Of a stretch of DNA of 53,461 nt, positions 44,295 to 52,169 are shown one piece after another. The stretch is taken from positions 8,797 through 62,257 of the forward strand of contig JALNYX010000002.1 in NCBI GenBank assembly GCA_023229615.1, written 5' to 3'. Under the pieces are notes generated by a model. That model worked only from the letters and a program-made list of their open reading frames with translations, was not told the DNA's origin and searched no databases. Origin of the DNA: Candidatus Moraniibacteriota bacterium (GTDB lineage: Bacteria; Patescibacteriota; Minisyncoccia; Moranbacterales; UBA9337). The stretch's first letter is position 1; every line of letters begins with the position of its first letter. The position numbers and the translations under genes were made by a program.

Positions 44295-44705
44295 TTATAC
44301 CACTTTTTTTCCTTTATTTCCTATAATACCAAAAATCAACATTACTGCTCCGATCGCTATAAAACTATCGGCCAAATTAAAAACCGGCCAAATTTTAAGA
44401 TCAATAAAATCCGTCACGCATCCATAAAAAATCCTATCGGCTATATTCGAAACGGCACCGGACAATATCAGTATTACGTACCAAGTATTATGTACAAAGT
44501 ATTTTTTTCTCCACAAATAAATCAGAGAAATAACAATACCAATCCACAAGAAGAAAAACATAACTTCCGGTATTTTTATTCCGAAACCCACTCCTTCATT
44601 GCAAATATAAAATCCGCCACCATAAAGATGTCGGACAATATATTTTGATAATTGATCAATAAATATCAAACTAACTATTATAAGAAATAACTTTTTTCTT
44701 AACAT
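44295..44705 (-). CDS. lspA: lipoprotein signal peptidase II
   Basis: MLRKKLFLIIVSLIFIDQLSKYIV...NxGxxFG-like..FNLADSFI motifs. Start set at ATG 44705, because the track extension to 44837 overlaps the upstream gene. Confidence 0.85.
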   Translation of the reverse strand: MLRKKLFLIIVSLIFIDQLSKYIVRHLYGGGFYICNEGVGFGIKIPEVMFFFLWIGIVISLIYLWRKKYFVHNTWYVILILSGAVSNIADRIFYGCVTDFIDLKIWPVFNLADSFIAIGAVMLIFGIIGNKGKKVV

Positions 44706-44742
44706 TTTTAGATTTGTATCAGTATTTGTAAATTCGTAGGAT

Positions 44743-45093
44743 TCAGCATTTAATGCAAGTTCTGGCGGCCGGATAAGCGCGCAATCTATCAATGTCAATA
44801 TCCTGCTGGCAATTTTCACAAAATCCATAGCTTCCATCCTCCATTCTTTTCAGAGCGTCCAACACATCCTTAAGTTGTTTCTCCAGGTCATTTTCCAAAG
44901 CTAATTTATCAGCGTACTCCTCTACCTCGGTAGCATTCTCATCACTGTCAGTTCCCAGATCCTCAAACTTCGTTTCATAGTCACCCGGAGTTCCAGTCGG
45001 GTTTGCAATTCGTTGCAAATCATTTTCCAGTTTCGTCTTTTCTTCCACCAATTTTCCTTTCAATTCATCTAATATTTTTTGTTCCAATGCCAT
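44743..45093 (-). CDS. DksA/TraR-family C4 zinc-finger protein
   Basis: Coiled-coil N-region plus FCENCQQDI....ARTCIKC. Start set at ATG 45093 (MALEQKIL..). Confidence 0.75.
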   Translation of the reverse strand: MALEQKILDELKGKLVEEKTKLENDLQRIANPTGTPGDYETKFEDLGTDSDENATEVEEYADKLALENDLEKQLKDVLDALKRMEDGSYGFCENCQQDIDIDRLRAYPAARTCIKC

Positions 45094-45247
45094 TTTATTC
45101 TGAACACAAAGCGCGCAGATTGCTACGGGCTTCACGTTTTATTAATAATGATTACCCTTCTATCTTACCAAAAAACCGCAAAATAGTCCAAATTATTCTT
45201 ATTAAAAAAATAACATCAATATACCGCCGAATTCTTCTTTTGATTGA

Positions 45248-45637
45248 TTAAAGAAAAATACTCTCCAAATGTTTCACTTTTGCTTCTTTTTGATCCAGGC
45301 TAAGCCAAACAGAAACCGCGTCGAAGCGCCAATTTTTATCCAGCAATTTCTTTTGTCGCAAATAAAACTGGGCGATCTTGTTTAGCTTGTGCAATTTTTG
45401 CCTGCCAATGCTTTCCTCGGGCAGTTTTTTCCCAAAAGTTTCAATTTTTCGTGTTTTTACCTCGACAAAAACCAAACAATCGCCATCTTTGGCAATAATA
45501 TCAATTTCCCCCAATCTTCTTCCCTTTAAATTGCAAAAATTAAATTCGAGAATTTTATATCCCTTTTTCTCCAAGTATTTGGCAGAAATTTTTTCTCCTG
45601 CTTCGCCAAAAGTCAAATTTTTATTTTTCCAAAACAT
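45248..45637 (-). CDS. yraN: YraN-family (UPF0102) endonuclease
   Basis: GEAGEKISAKYLEKKGYKILEFNF....GEIDIIAKDGDCLVFVEVKTR is the PD-(D/E)xK YraN core. Start set at ATG 45637, because the terminator hairpin at 45657-45675 occupies the track extension. Confidence 0.8.
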   Translation of the reverse strand: MFWKNKNLTFGEAGEKISAKYLEKKGYKILEFNFCNLKGRRLGEIDIIAKDGDCLVFVEVKTRKIETFGKKLPEESIGRQKLHKLNKIAQFYLRQKKLLDKNWRFDAVSVWLSLDQKEAKVKHLESIFL

Positions 45638-45643
45638 ATGCTT

Positions 45644-45675
45644 ATAAAAACCAAAACCCCGACGCAGCGTCGGGG
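45644..45675 (-). terminator. intrinsic terminator (ends the upstream non-coding transcript)
   Basis: Reverse strand CCCCGACG-ctg-CGTCGGGG (8-bp perfect stem) followed by TTTTGGTTTTT. Confidence 0.7.
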
Positions 45676-46241
45676 CATTCAAAAAGATATCGACTGCTAA
45701 ACTAATTTTATTTCCCGGTATCCATTTGAATTAGGTATGGAAACCGGGCTCTCGAAGCCCGCAAATAAAAATATGTGGCTGAGAGCCGCGGTGTTTTTTA
45801 TATGTACCAACATGTAAGCTGTAAATATCCTAGCCAAATTTTATTCGGCATTAAATATTATTATAAGCTGCATGTATTTTGTATACATATTCTCGATATT
45901 TGCTCTGACTTTTTATTTTTTAACAAATATCTTCTTCTACCGATCTCTGGCATATAGCCTTTAAACATGAAAGAACTAATTTTTTGTTTTTTGTTTTTGT
46001 TTTAAATCTTGGAAACCTACTTGCAAATCTCATTTTTTCAAATGAACGCTACAAGTAGGCTCCAAGTAATTTTTGTTTTTGTTTTAGTTCTCCGGTCAGA
46101 AATCGGAGAGCTTCAATATAATAATTGAAGACTCGAACAGTAGAAGAATTTTCAATCACAATTAGGGGGAAGTTGTGATTGAAAATTCTCCCACCGTTTC
46201 CACTATTTTATTGTCAAAATACTCTCGTCAACTCACTCTAC
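45644..46241 (-). ncRNA. candidate large structured non-coding RNA (family unknown)
   Basis: No credible ORF on either strand. Promoter TTGACG-17-TATAAT at 46276-46248. At least six strong hairpins (see finding). Terminator at 45675-45644. The boundaries are predictions. Confidence 0.35.
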
Positions 46242-46247
46242 ATTCTT

Positions 46248-46276
46248 ATTATAACAAAAAATTAATCCTCCGTCAA
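46248..46276 (-). promoter_or_regulatory. near-consensus sigma70 promoter with no downstream ORF
   Basis: Reverse strand TTGACG (46276-46271), 17 nt, TATAAT (46253-46248). Confidence 0.5.
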
Positions 46277-46429
46277 AGCGCCAAAATAAAAATACTGCAA
46301 ACAAAGCACTTTTAACTACTTTATTTTTATTTTCTTTGTTTTTTAAAATTCTCCAAAAAAATCACTTTTTGAGAAAGTAAATTACTTTCTCGGATTCGTC
46401 CAAAAATGGCTCTGATACGGCTTTTATCA

Positions 46430-47830
46430 TTATTCAACAATTCCATCTACCTCTTCTGAAACAGTTACATTGTTAATATCATTCATATCAATAATCTGAT
46501 TATCCACCTTTTCCGCATTAACCTTATCGAAAATACTTCGCAAAGAATCCCTACTGGTACCAACCAAGAATTGATTATTCCAAATACCATAATCAATTGA
46601 ATCCCCGATTGCAGAATTGATATCTACATATCTAACTTTAAAACTATCTCCATAGGAACTGTCCTTAAATGCAAGTTTTTCCATATTACTACTTCCTCTT
46701 CCTAAAAACAAAGGTTTCAGTCCTATTATTAATCCACCTTCATTTTCTTTGATTACAAAAGGCGCAACATTAGCGTCTTTTACATTAACCGCCAATCCTA
46801 TCCTTTGATTATCTCCTGTTTTTTGCAGAAAAATCGAAAAACTCTCTTCCATTTCATCCAGTACAGCCTGCGGTAAAGAAAGATTGAACACATAAGCAAA
46901 ACGAGAAAAAGCAATTGGGTTATTATTTGCATCACTCATAATAAACTCCACCGACTTTCCATCCTGTTCAGGAGCAATATCAGAGAAAGCTTTCGTCAAC
47001 AACTGAGAAATAGAACTCTTACTTGCAGTTTCCATATCCAAATTCAAATAATTCGGTTTTTTGGAAGAATAAACGAAGTTTTCTTCAGAATCCGCATTCG
47101 ATAAGGCAGAGTTTTTACTGGAGAAATCCTTACCCAATAATTGAGAATCTACCACTCCTCGAGTAATAAAAAAATAATAAATTCCTCCCGCCACCGCCGC
47201 AAGAACAATTACAAGTACAATTATTGCGCCAACTTTCTTCCAATTCAAATGCCTTTCGATTGGATGGATGTAGTCTTCTTTTAAATCAACCACAGCCTCA
47301 ATCTTTCCTTTTTTTTCGGAATCCCAATCATTTTTTTGAAGAATATTTTCTTTTTGAAACGGAGGAACCATTCCACTATTTTCCTTCTTCTCCAAAGTTA
47401 AAAAATTTTCCCGAGGAGCAATTTCTCTTTGCTTAGTATCAGAAAGACTGTTATTTCGCACATTTTGCAACATATCAGCCCTTGGAGCAACAGGCTTTTC
47501 CAAAAACGGACTACTTGAATATTTCTTTTCAGCATTTTCAACATTATCAGCGCCGTAAACATTATTAGCATTATCCATATTTATATTTTCTTTCACAATC
47601 TCCCTTTCTGGCTCCTTGATTTGAGTAGCAATGTCCTCAGTATTAATTATCTCCTCTTTTGGAAGTCCCACTTCATTTAATTTCTCCACTAAATCATCCT
47701 TCATCGTATGCACGGAAAAATTATATTCTGAATTATTCTTCACGCCCTGCTCAGTAAAAAACACCCCCGTTTTTCTCTCTTCGTCAGTATCTTGTTTATT
47801 ATTATTGTTGTTATTGTTATTACCGAACAT
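46430..47830 (-). CDS. single-pass membrane protein with N-terminal poly-Asn, hypothetical
   Basis: 466 aa. MFG-N9-, acidic low-complexity cytoplasmic half, TM VGAIIVLVIVLAAVAGGIYYFFI, approx. 240-aa ectodomain. Confidence 0.6.
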   Translation of the reverse strand: MFGNNNNNNNNKQDTDEERKTGVFFTEQGVKNNSEYNFSVHTMKDDLVEKLNEVGLPKEEIINTEDIATQIKEPEREIVKENINMDNANNVYGADNVENAEKKYSSSPFLEKPVAPRADMLQNVRNNSLSDTKQREIAPRENFLTLEKKENSGMVPPFQKENILQKNDWDSEKKGKIEAVVDLKEDYIHPIERHLNWKKVGAIIVLVIVLAAVAGGIYYFFITRGVVDSQLLGKDFSSKNSALSNADSEENFVYSSKKPNYLNLDMETASKSSISQLLTKAFSDIAPEQDGKSVEFIMSDANNNPIAFSRFAYVFNLSLPQAVLDEMEESFSIFLQKTGDNQRIGLAVNVKDANVAPFVIKENEGGLIIGLKPLFLGRGSSNMEKLAFKDSSYGDSFKVRYVDINSAIGDSIDYGIWNNQFLVGTSRDSLRSIFDKVNAEKVDNQIIDMNDINNVTVSEEVDGIVE

Positions 47831-47845
47831 ATTTTTAATTTTTGT

Positions 47846-47886
47846 TTTACAAATAAAATAGAAGCAAGTTCAACTTGCTTCTATTT
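47846..47886 (-). terminator. intrinsic terminator after pnp
   Basis: Perfect 14-bp stem AAATAGAAGCAAGT-tca-ACTTGCTTCTATTT (47856-47886), followed by TTATTTG on the reverse strand. Confidence 0.6.
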
Positions 47887-47919
47887 TACAATAAAAACTG
47901 CAAAATGCAAAATTTTTAT

Positions 47920-50043
47920 TTATTTCCTCTCTTCAATCTGCAAAGCATCTTTGTGTGAAAGATTAATCCTTCCTTTATCGTCAATTTCTTTTACTTTAAC
48001 TGGGATGATATCTCCGACTTTTACCACATCTTCAACTTTTTCCACTCGTTTTTCCGAAAGCTGAGAAATGTGAATCAATCCTTCTTGTCCTGGTAATATT
48101 TCAGCAAAAGCTCCAAAATTCATTATACGAGTGATTCTACCTTGAAATATTTCTCCGCTCTTGACTTCATGAGTAAGATTTTTGATCCATTCTTGAGCTT
48201 TCTTGGATGATTCCTGATCCGGAGAAGTGATGAAAATTGATCCATCATCTTCAATGTCAATTTCAACGCCAGTTTCATCAATAATTTCATTAATAATCTT
48301 TCCTCCGGTTCCGATAACATTTCGGATTTTTTCCGGATTAATTTTCATTATGATTATTCTTGGAGCATATTGAGACATTTCAGTTCGGGGTTCGGAAATA
48401 GTCGAAAGCATTATTTTCAAAATTTCCGCTCGATTAATCTTTGATTGCAATAATACAGCCCTCAAAATTTCCATAGTCACTCCATCAACCTTTACATCCA
48501 TTTGCAAGGCGGTAATTCCTTTTTCAGTTCCGGCCGCTTTGAAATCCATATCTCCATAATGATCTTCTAGTCCTTGAATATCGCTGAGAACCTTGAAATT
48601 TTTGTCATTTTTGCTATCGATAATAATTCCCATCGCAATTCCACTTACCGGCCTCTTGATTGGAACACCAGCATCCATCAAAGACAAAGTTGATCCGCAA
48701 GTTGAAGCCATTGAAGATGACCCGTTTGAAGAAAGAACTTCACTCACTAACAATGTCGTGTAAGGAAATTCTTCTTTGGAAGGAAGCACTGGAATCAAGG
48801 CCTTTTCAGCTAGCGCTCCATGCCCAACCTCTCTTCTACCTGGTCCACGCATTGGACGCACTTCTCCCACGGAAAATGGAGGAAAATTGTAATGATGGAT
48901 ATATCTTTTTTTCATATCCACTTCCATTGTATCAATAATCTGTTCATCGCCGGGAGATCCCAGAGTTGTAACAGTTAAAGCCTGTGTTTCTCCGCGCGTA
49001 AAAAGTCCGGTTCCATGAGTTCTTGGCAAAATTCCCACCTTACAAGTTATCTTTCTCACTTCTTCCAACTTTCTTCCATCTGGTCGATTTTCTTTTTCCA
49101 AAATATTCTTGTGAACAATCTCATCAGAAAGCTCATCAAAAACAATCTCGGAAACATCTTTTAATTTAGCCGCATCCTCAGGATAATTTTGAGCAATAAA
49201 GGCAACCACTTTTTCTTTGATTTCTTTCGTCTTAGCCTCTTTTATTTTTTTATCAGTTCCACCATAAAGTGCCTCTTCAATACCTTCCATCACTAACATT
49301 TCTCTAAGTTTTTCTTCAAATCCTTCCGGACCGACCAAGAGAACCGGCTCAGATTTCTCCTTTCCAGCTTCCTTGCGGATATCTTCAATAAAAGCAACGA
49401 TTTTATTCACAGCTTCCTGCCCAAATTCAAAAGCTTTAATAATTTCCTCTTCAGAAATTTCTTTGGTTCCCGCTTCAATCATATTTATTTTATCCTTGGT
49501 TCCGGAAATAACCAAGTCCAAATCTCCATCAGAAAGCTCTCCATTAACCGGGTTCAAAATCAACTCTCCATTTACTCTTCCAACCTTCACAGCTCCGATC
49601 GGTCCATTCCAAGGAATGTTTGAAAGTGCCAAAGCAGCAGAAGCAGCAATCATTGAAACTGTATCCGGATCATTTTCTCCATCAATCGAAAGAACAGTAA
49701 CAATAACTTGCACTTCATTTCGCATTCGGTGATTAAAAAGAGGACGGATTGTTCGATCCACAACTCTTCCGGTTAAAATTGCTTCGTCTGATGGTCGTCC
49801 TTCGCGCTTGATAAAACGGGATCCCTTGATTTTTCCAGCAGCATAATATCTTTCCTCATAATCAACCATAAGCGGAAAATATCCGGTAATATGAGAAGCT
49901 CCTTTGCTCATTACCGCAGTCGCCAAAACAACCGTATCGCCATAGCGCACAGTCACCGCCCCGCTGGCCTGCTGAGCCAAGAGTCCGGTTTCAATAGTTA
50001 ACTCTCGTCCTCCAATCTGGAGAGACCATTTTTTTTCTTGCAT
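47920..50043 (-). CDS. pnp: polyribonucleotide nucleotidyltransferase (PNPase)
   Basis: 707 aa. Two RNase PH domains, then KH (..GGKIINEIIDETG..) and S1 (..GEIFQGRITRIMNFGAFAEI..) domains. Confidence 0.95.
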   Translation of the reverse strand: MQEKKWSLQIGGRELTIETGLLAQQASGAVTVRYGDTVVLATAVMSKGASHITGYFPLMVDYEERYYAAGKIKGSRFIKREGRPSDEAILTGRVVDRTIRPLFNHRMRNEVQVIVTVLSIDGENDPDTVSMIAASAALALSNIPWNGPIGAVKVGRVNGELILNPVNGELSDGDLDLVISGTKDKINMIEAGTKEISEEEIIKAFEFGQEAVNKIVAFIEDIRKEAGKEKSEPVLLVGPEGFEEKLREMLVMEGIEEALYGGTDKKIKEAKTKEIKEKVVAFIAQNYPEDAAKLKDVSEIVFDELSDEIVHKNILEKENRPDGRKLEEVRKITCKVGILPRTHGTGLFTRGETQALTVTTLGSPGDEQIIDTMEVDMKKRYIHHYNFPPFSVGEVRPMRGPGRREVGHGALAEKALIPVLPSKEEFPYTTLLVSEVLSSNGSSSMASTCGSTLSLMDAGVPIKRPVSGIAMGIIIDSKNDKNFKVLSDIQGLEDHYGDMDFKAAGTEKGITALQMDVKVDGVTMEILRAVLLQSKINRAEILKIMLSTISEPRTEMSQYAPRIIIMKINPEKIRNVIGTGGKIINEIIDETGVEIDIEDDGSIFITSPDQESSKKAQEWIKNLTHEVKSGEIFQGRITRIMNFGAFAEILPGQEGLIHISQLSEKRVEKVEDVVKVGDIIPVKVKEIDDKGRINLSHKDALQIEERK

Positions 50044-50239
50044 AAGCAGATTTTATCAACTTTTTGCCGATAGAATCCAAGAAAACACGCTGACAATTTC
50101 AAAACAAAATATTTTCCGCAAATATACGTCCATACGCATTACTCACGATTATGAGATTTTGTAGTATTTTAAAATCATTAGTGTGCCTGCCGGTTATCGT
50201 CAAAAGTTGATATAAAAAAATTATAAATTTACTACTACA

Positions 50240-50268
50240 ATTCTACCAAAAAAACCTCAGAAAGTCAA
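50240..50268 (-). promoter_or_regulatory. sigma70-like promoter of pnp (long leader)
   Basis: Reverse strand TTGACT (50268-50263), 17 nt, TAGAAT (50245-50240), about 190 nt upstream of the pnp ATG. Confidence 0.5.
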
Positions 50269-50273
50269 CCAAA

Positions 50274-50308
50274 ACACAAAAACCCCGAGCCGAAGCCTGG
50301 GGTTTTTG
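50274..50308. terminator. intrinsic terminator after the RRM gene (A-run / T-run on both sides)
   Basis: AAAAA-CCCCGAGC-cgaa-GCCTGGGG-TTTTT. Confidence 0.65.
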
Positions 50309-50328
50309 TTATTCAAGTTGGTAATAAA

Positions 50329-50628
50329 TTACCAGTTGTTTCTAGAATTGTCTCTGCTGAAACTCTTCTTTGGACGATCTTCCAAAGGACGAGCCTCATT
50401 AACAGTCAATGTTCTTCCTTCGAAGTCTTTTCCATCGAACATTTCGATAGCTTTTTGAGCATCTTCAGGAGAAGCCATTTCAACAAAACCAAATCCTCTT
50501 GAGCGACCGGACATTTTATCAACAATGATAGTTGCTGACTCAACAGATCCAGCTGCTGCAAAGGCTGCCTTCAAATCATCTTCTGTAGTTGAATATGGCA
50601 AACCTCCGATATATAGTTTCTTTTCCAT
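50329..50628 (-). CDS. RRM-type (RNP-1/RNP-2) RNA-binding protein
   Basis: MEKKLYIGGLPYSTTEDDL (RNP-2 LYIGGL) ... RGFGFVEM (RNP-1). Start set at ATG 50628. Confidence 0.85.
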   Translation of the reverse strand: MEKKLYIGGLPYSTTEDDLKAAFAAAGSVESATIIVDKMSGRSRGFGFVEMASPEDAQKAIEMFDGKDFEGRTLTVNEARPLEDRPKKSFSRDNSRNNW

Positions 50629-50775
50629 TTTATTCTTTGCAAAGTTCCTAAGAACTTTAAATAAAAAAATTAACAAACGTAAGCCGACCTCTTTCTTGGA
50701 AACTGGCTATAACCCGAAGATCGCTTTACATTCGCTAACTTGGGAACCGAAGTTACCTTGAAACCTTACTCTTCC

Positions 50776-50804
50776 ATTGTAGCAAGAATAAAGAAAAAAG
50801 TCAA
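50776..50804 (-). promoter_or_regulatory. sigma70-like promoter of the RRM gene
   Basis: Reverse strand TTGACT (50804-50799), 17 nt, TACAAT (50781-50776), giving an approx. 140-nt leader. Confidence 0.5.
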
Positions 50805-50916
50805 GGCCCACAAGGGGAAAAATATAAAAGCCGCAATTTTTCCAAATTAACGGCCTCTATATCTTTTCACTTATTCCTAAGGGAACATCGTCACTCATTT
50901 TTTATATTTTAAATAA

Positions 50917-51186
50917 TTATTCTTGCTTGGCAAGATTTGCTTTGGAGTTTTCGTCGCGGTGGAAGTAATATGTGCTTATAATTGTTCCTACTGAACACCC
51001 GAAAGCGTAAAGCAAGACCAACTTCCAATTGCTAATATTATCAACAATTGTTTGTAAGACATAATACCAAATTAGCACATTGACCATAGTAATCGCTCCG
51101 CTAGCGAATATTCTGGTTCTAACAACTAATTTTGTCCAAACCGTGATAATAATCATCTCCAAAACACCGACAAAAAATAGTACCAT
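50917..51186 (-). CDS. small three-helix membrane protein (possibly DUF2179/UPF0316-type N-domain), hypothetical
   Basis: 89 aa, three hydrophobic helices. Family assignment is tentative. Confidence 0.5.
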   Translation of the reverse strand: MVLFFVGVLEMIIITVWTKLVVRTRIFASGAITMVNVLIWYYVLQTIVDNISNWKLVLLYAFGCSVGTIISTYYFHRDENSKANLAKQE

Positions 51187-51298
51187 AGTGTTTTGTAATA
51201 ATTATGCAAATTATATTTGTTAATGTTCGACCTTTATTTTAACCCAAATAAAAAAACACTTTCCTTGTAAAAAATGCTTCATTTATAGGCTAAAATCT

Positions 51299-51327
51299 AT
51301 TCTAGCAAATATTTTGCCTTTCGTCAA
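51299..51327 (-). promoter_or_regulatory. sigma70-like promoter
   Basis: Reverse strand TTGACG (51327-51322), 17 nt, TAGAAT (51304-51299) with a TGC extension, upstream of the 89-aa membrane protein gene. Confidence 0.45.
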
Positions 51328-51426
51328 CCGCCCAAACGCAAGATTGTTTCCTGTCGAGTATATGCATCCGCCAAACAACCTTCAAAAAATGTACCGGCAA
51401 GAAAATTTCAAAAAATCAATAACATC

Positions 51427-51810
51427 CTATTTTTTCAGAAAATCTCTTATTTCTCTCAGCAGTAAGATATCTTCGGTTGTTTTAACTGGCTTTGCCGCTT
51501 CTTTTTTCTTTAACTTATTCAGTTGTTTGCTGATTATAAACACAGCGAAAGCGATTATGACAAAGTCAATCAAGGTATTCATAAACATACCGTAATTAAT
51601 GACAATCGCAGTCGCGCCCTCTGAAGCCTTTTTTAAAGTAATCGACAAATTTGAAAAATCAACACCTCCGAGCAATATTCCAATTGGAGGCATAATAATG
51701 TCCGCCACAAGCGAGCTGACAATTTTCCCAAAAGCAGCTCCAATAATAATACCCACCGCCATATCAATCACATTTCCCTTAATGGCAAACTTCTTAAATT
51801 CTTGCAACAT
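51427..51810 (-). CDS. mscL: large-conductance mechanosensitive channel
   Basis: [44 protein letters not shown] is canonical MscL. Confidence 0.9.
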   Translation of the reverse strand: MLQEFKKFAIKGNVIDMAVGIIIGAAFGKIVSSLVADIIMPPIGILLGGVDFSNLSITLKKASEGATAIVINYGMFMNTLIDFVIIAFAVFIISKQLNKLKKKEAAKPVKTTEDILLLREIRDFLKK

Positions 51811-51857
51811 ATTTTAATTAAATTATTACTTATTTTCCTACATCACCATTTTACCAC

Positions 51858-51891
51858 AAAAATAAAAATCCCTTAAAAAAATAAAGGATTT
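51858..51891 (-). terminator. probable terminator after tRNA-Asp
   Basis: Reverse strand AAATCCTTT-loop-AAGGGATTT hairpin (one mismatch) followed by TTATTTTTG. Confidence 0.4.
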
Positions 51892-51899
51892 TTAAAATG

Positions 51900-51973
51900 C
51901 GGGGACGACCGGACTCGAACCGGCGACCTATTGCGTGACAGGCAATCGCTCTAACCAGCTGAGCTACGCCCCC
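51900..51973 (-). tRNA. tRNA-Asp (GTC)
   Basis: Reverse complement GGGGGCGTAGCTCAGCTGGTTAGAGCGATTGCCTGTCACGCAATAGGTCGCCGGTTCGAGTCCGGTCGTCCCCG folds as a full cloverleaf with anticodon loop CTGTCAC. CCA is not encoded. Confidence 0.9.
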
Positions 51974-52094
51974 ATTTTGAAAATTTCAATTACCAATTTC
52001 TAATTTCTAAACAATTCTTAATTTTCCAATGTTTGAATTTTTAAAATTTGAATATTGAAAATCGTGAATTGAAAATTGAAAATTCAACTTTATG

Positions 52095-52169
52095 TACCAG
52101 GGGTGAGATTCGAACTCACGACCTCCGGCTTATGAGTCCGGCGCTACTAACCAACTGAGCTACCCTGGC
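52095..52169 (-). tRNA. tRNA with CAT anticodon (elongator Met or Ile2), slightly irregular
   Basis: GCCAGGGTAGCTCAGTTGGTTAGTAGCGCCGGACTCATAAGCCGGAGGTCGTGAGTTCGAATCTCACCCCTGGTA. Good acceptor stem (G1-U72) and T arm. There is an extra nt in the D arm and an A31-G39 mismatch. Confidence 0.7.

Noticed and set aside
44706-44837. N-terminal extensions offered by the track for lspA (to 44837), the dksA-like gene (to 45135), yraN (to 45682), rplT (17961), dfx (30276), the RRM gene (50676) and the LAGLIDADG-like ORF (52858)
   Set aside because: The extensions overlap upstream genes, terminators or promoter boxes. At least two checked (dfx 30276, LAGLIDADG-like ORF 52858) start at TTG, others were not checked. 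Conserved family N-termini begin at the internal ATGs used in the feature table.
45775-45957. 60-aa plus-strand ORF inside the non-coding locus
   Set aside because: No SD, an implausible Cys/Tyr/Phe/Ile-rich product, and it sits opposite the promoter/terminator orientation.
45683-46429. RNase P RNA, SRP (4.5S) RNA or 6S RNA as the identity of the non-coding locus
   Set aside because: I could not find GGAAAGTCCGG / ACAGAA..CCGGCTTA-type P4 strands or the SRP domain IV AGGTCAGG..GGAA..AGCAGC motif on either strand. 6S cannot be excluded by eye, but the locus is about three times too long.
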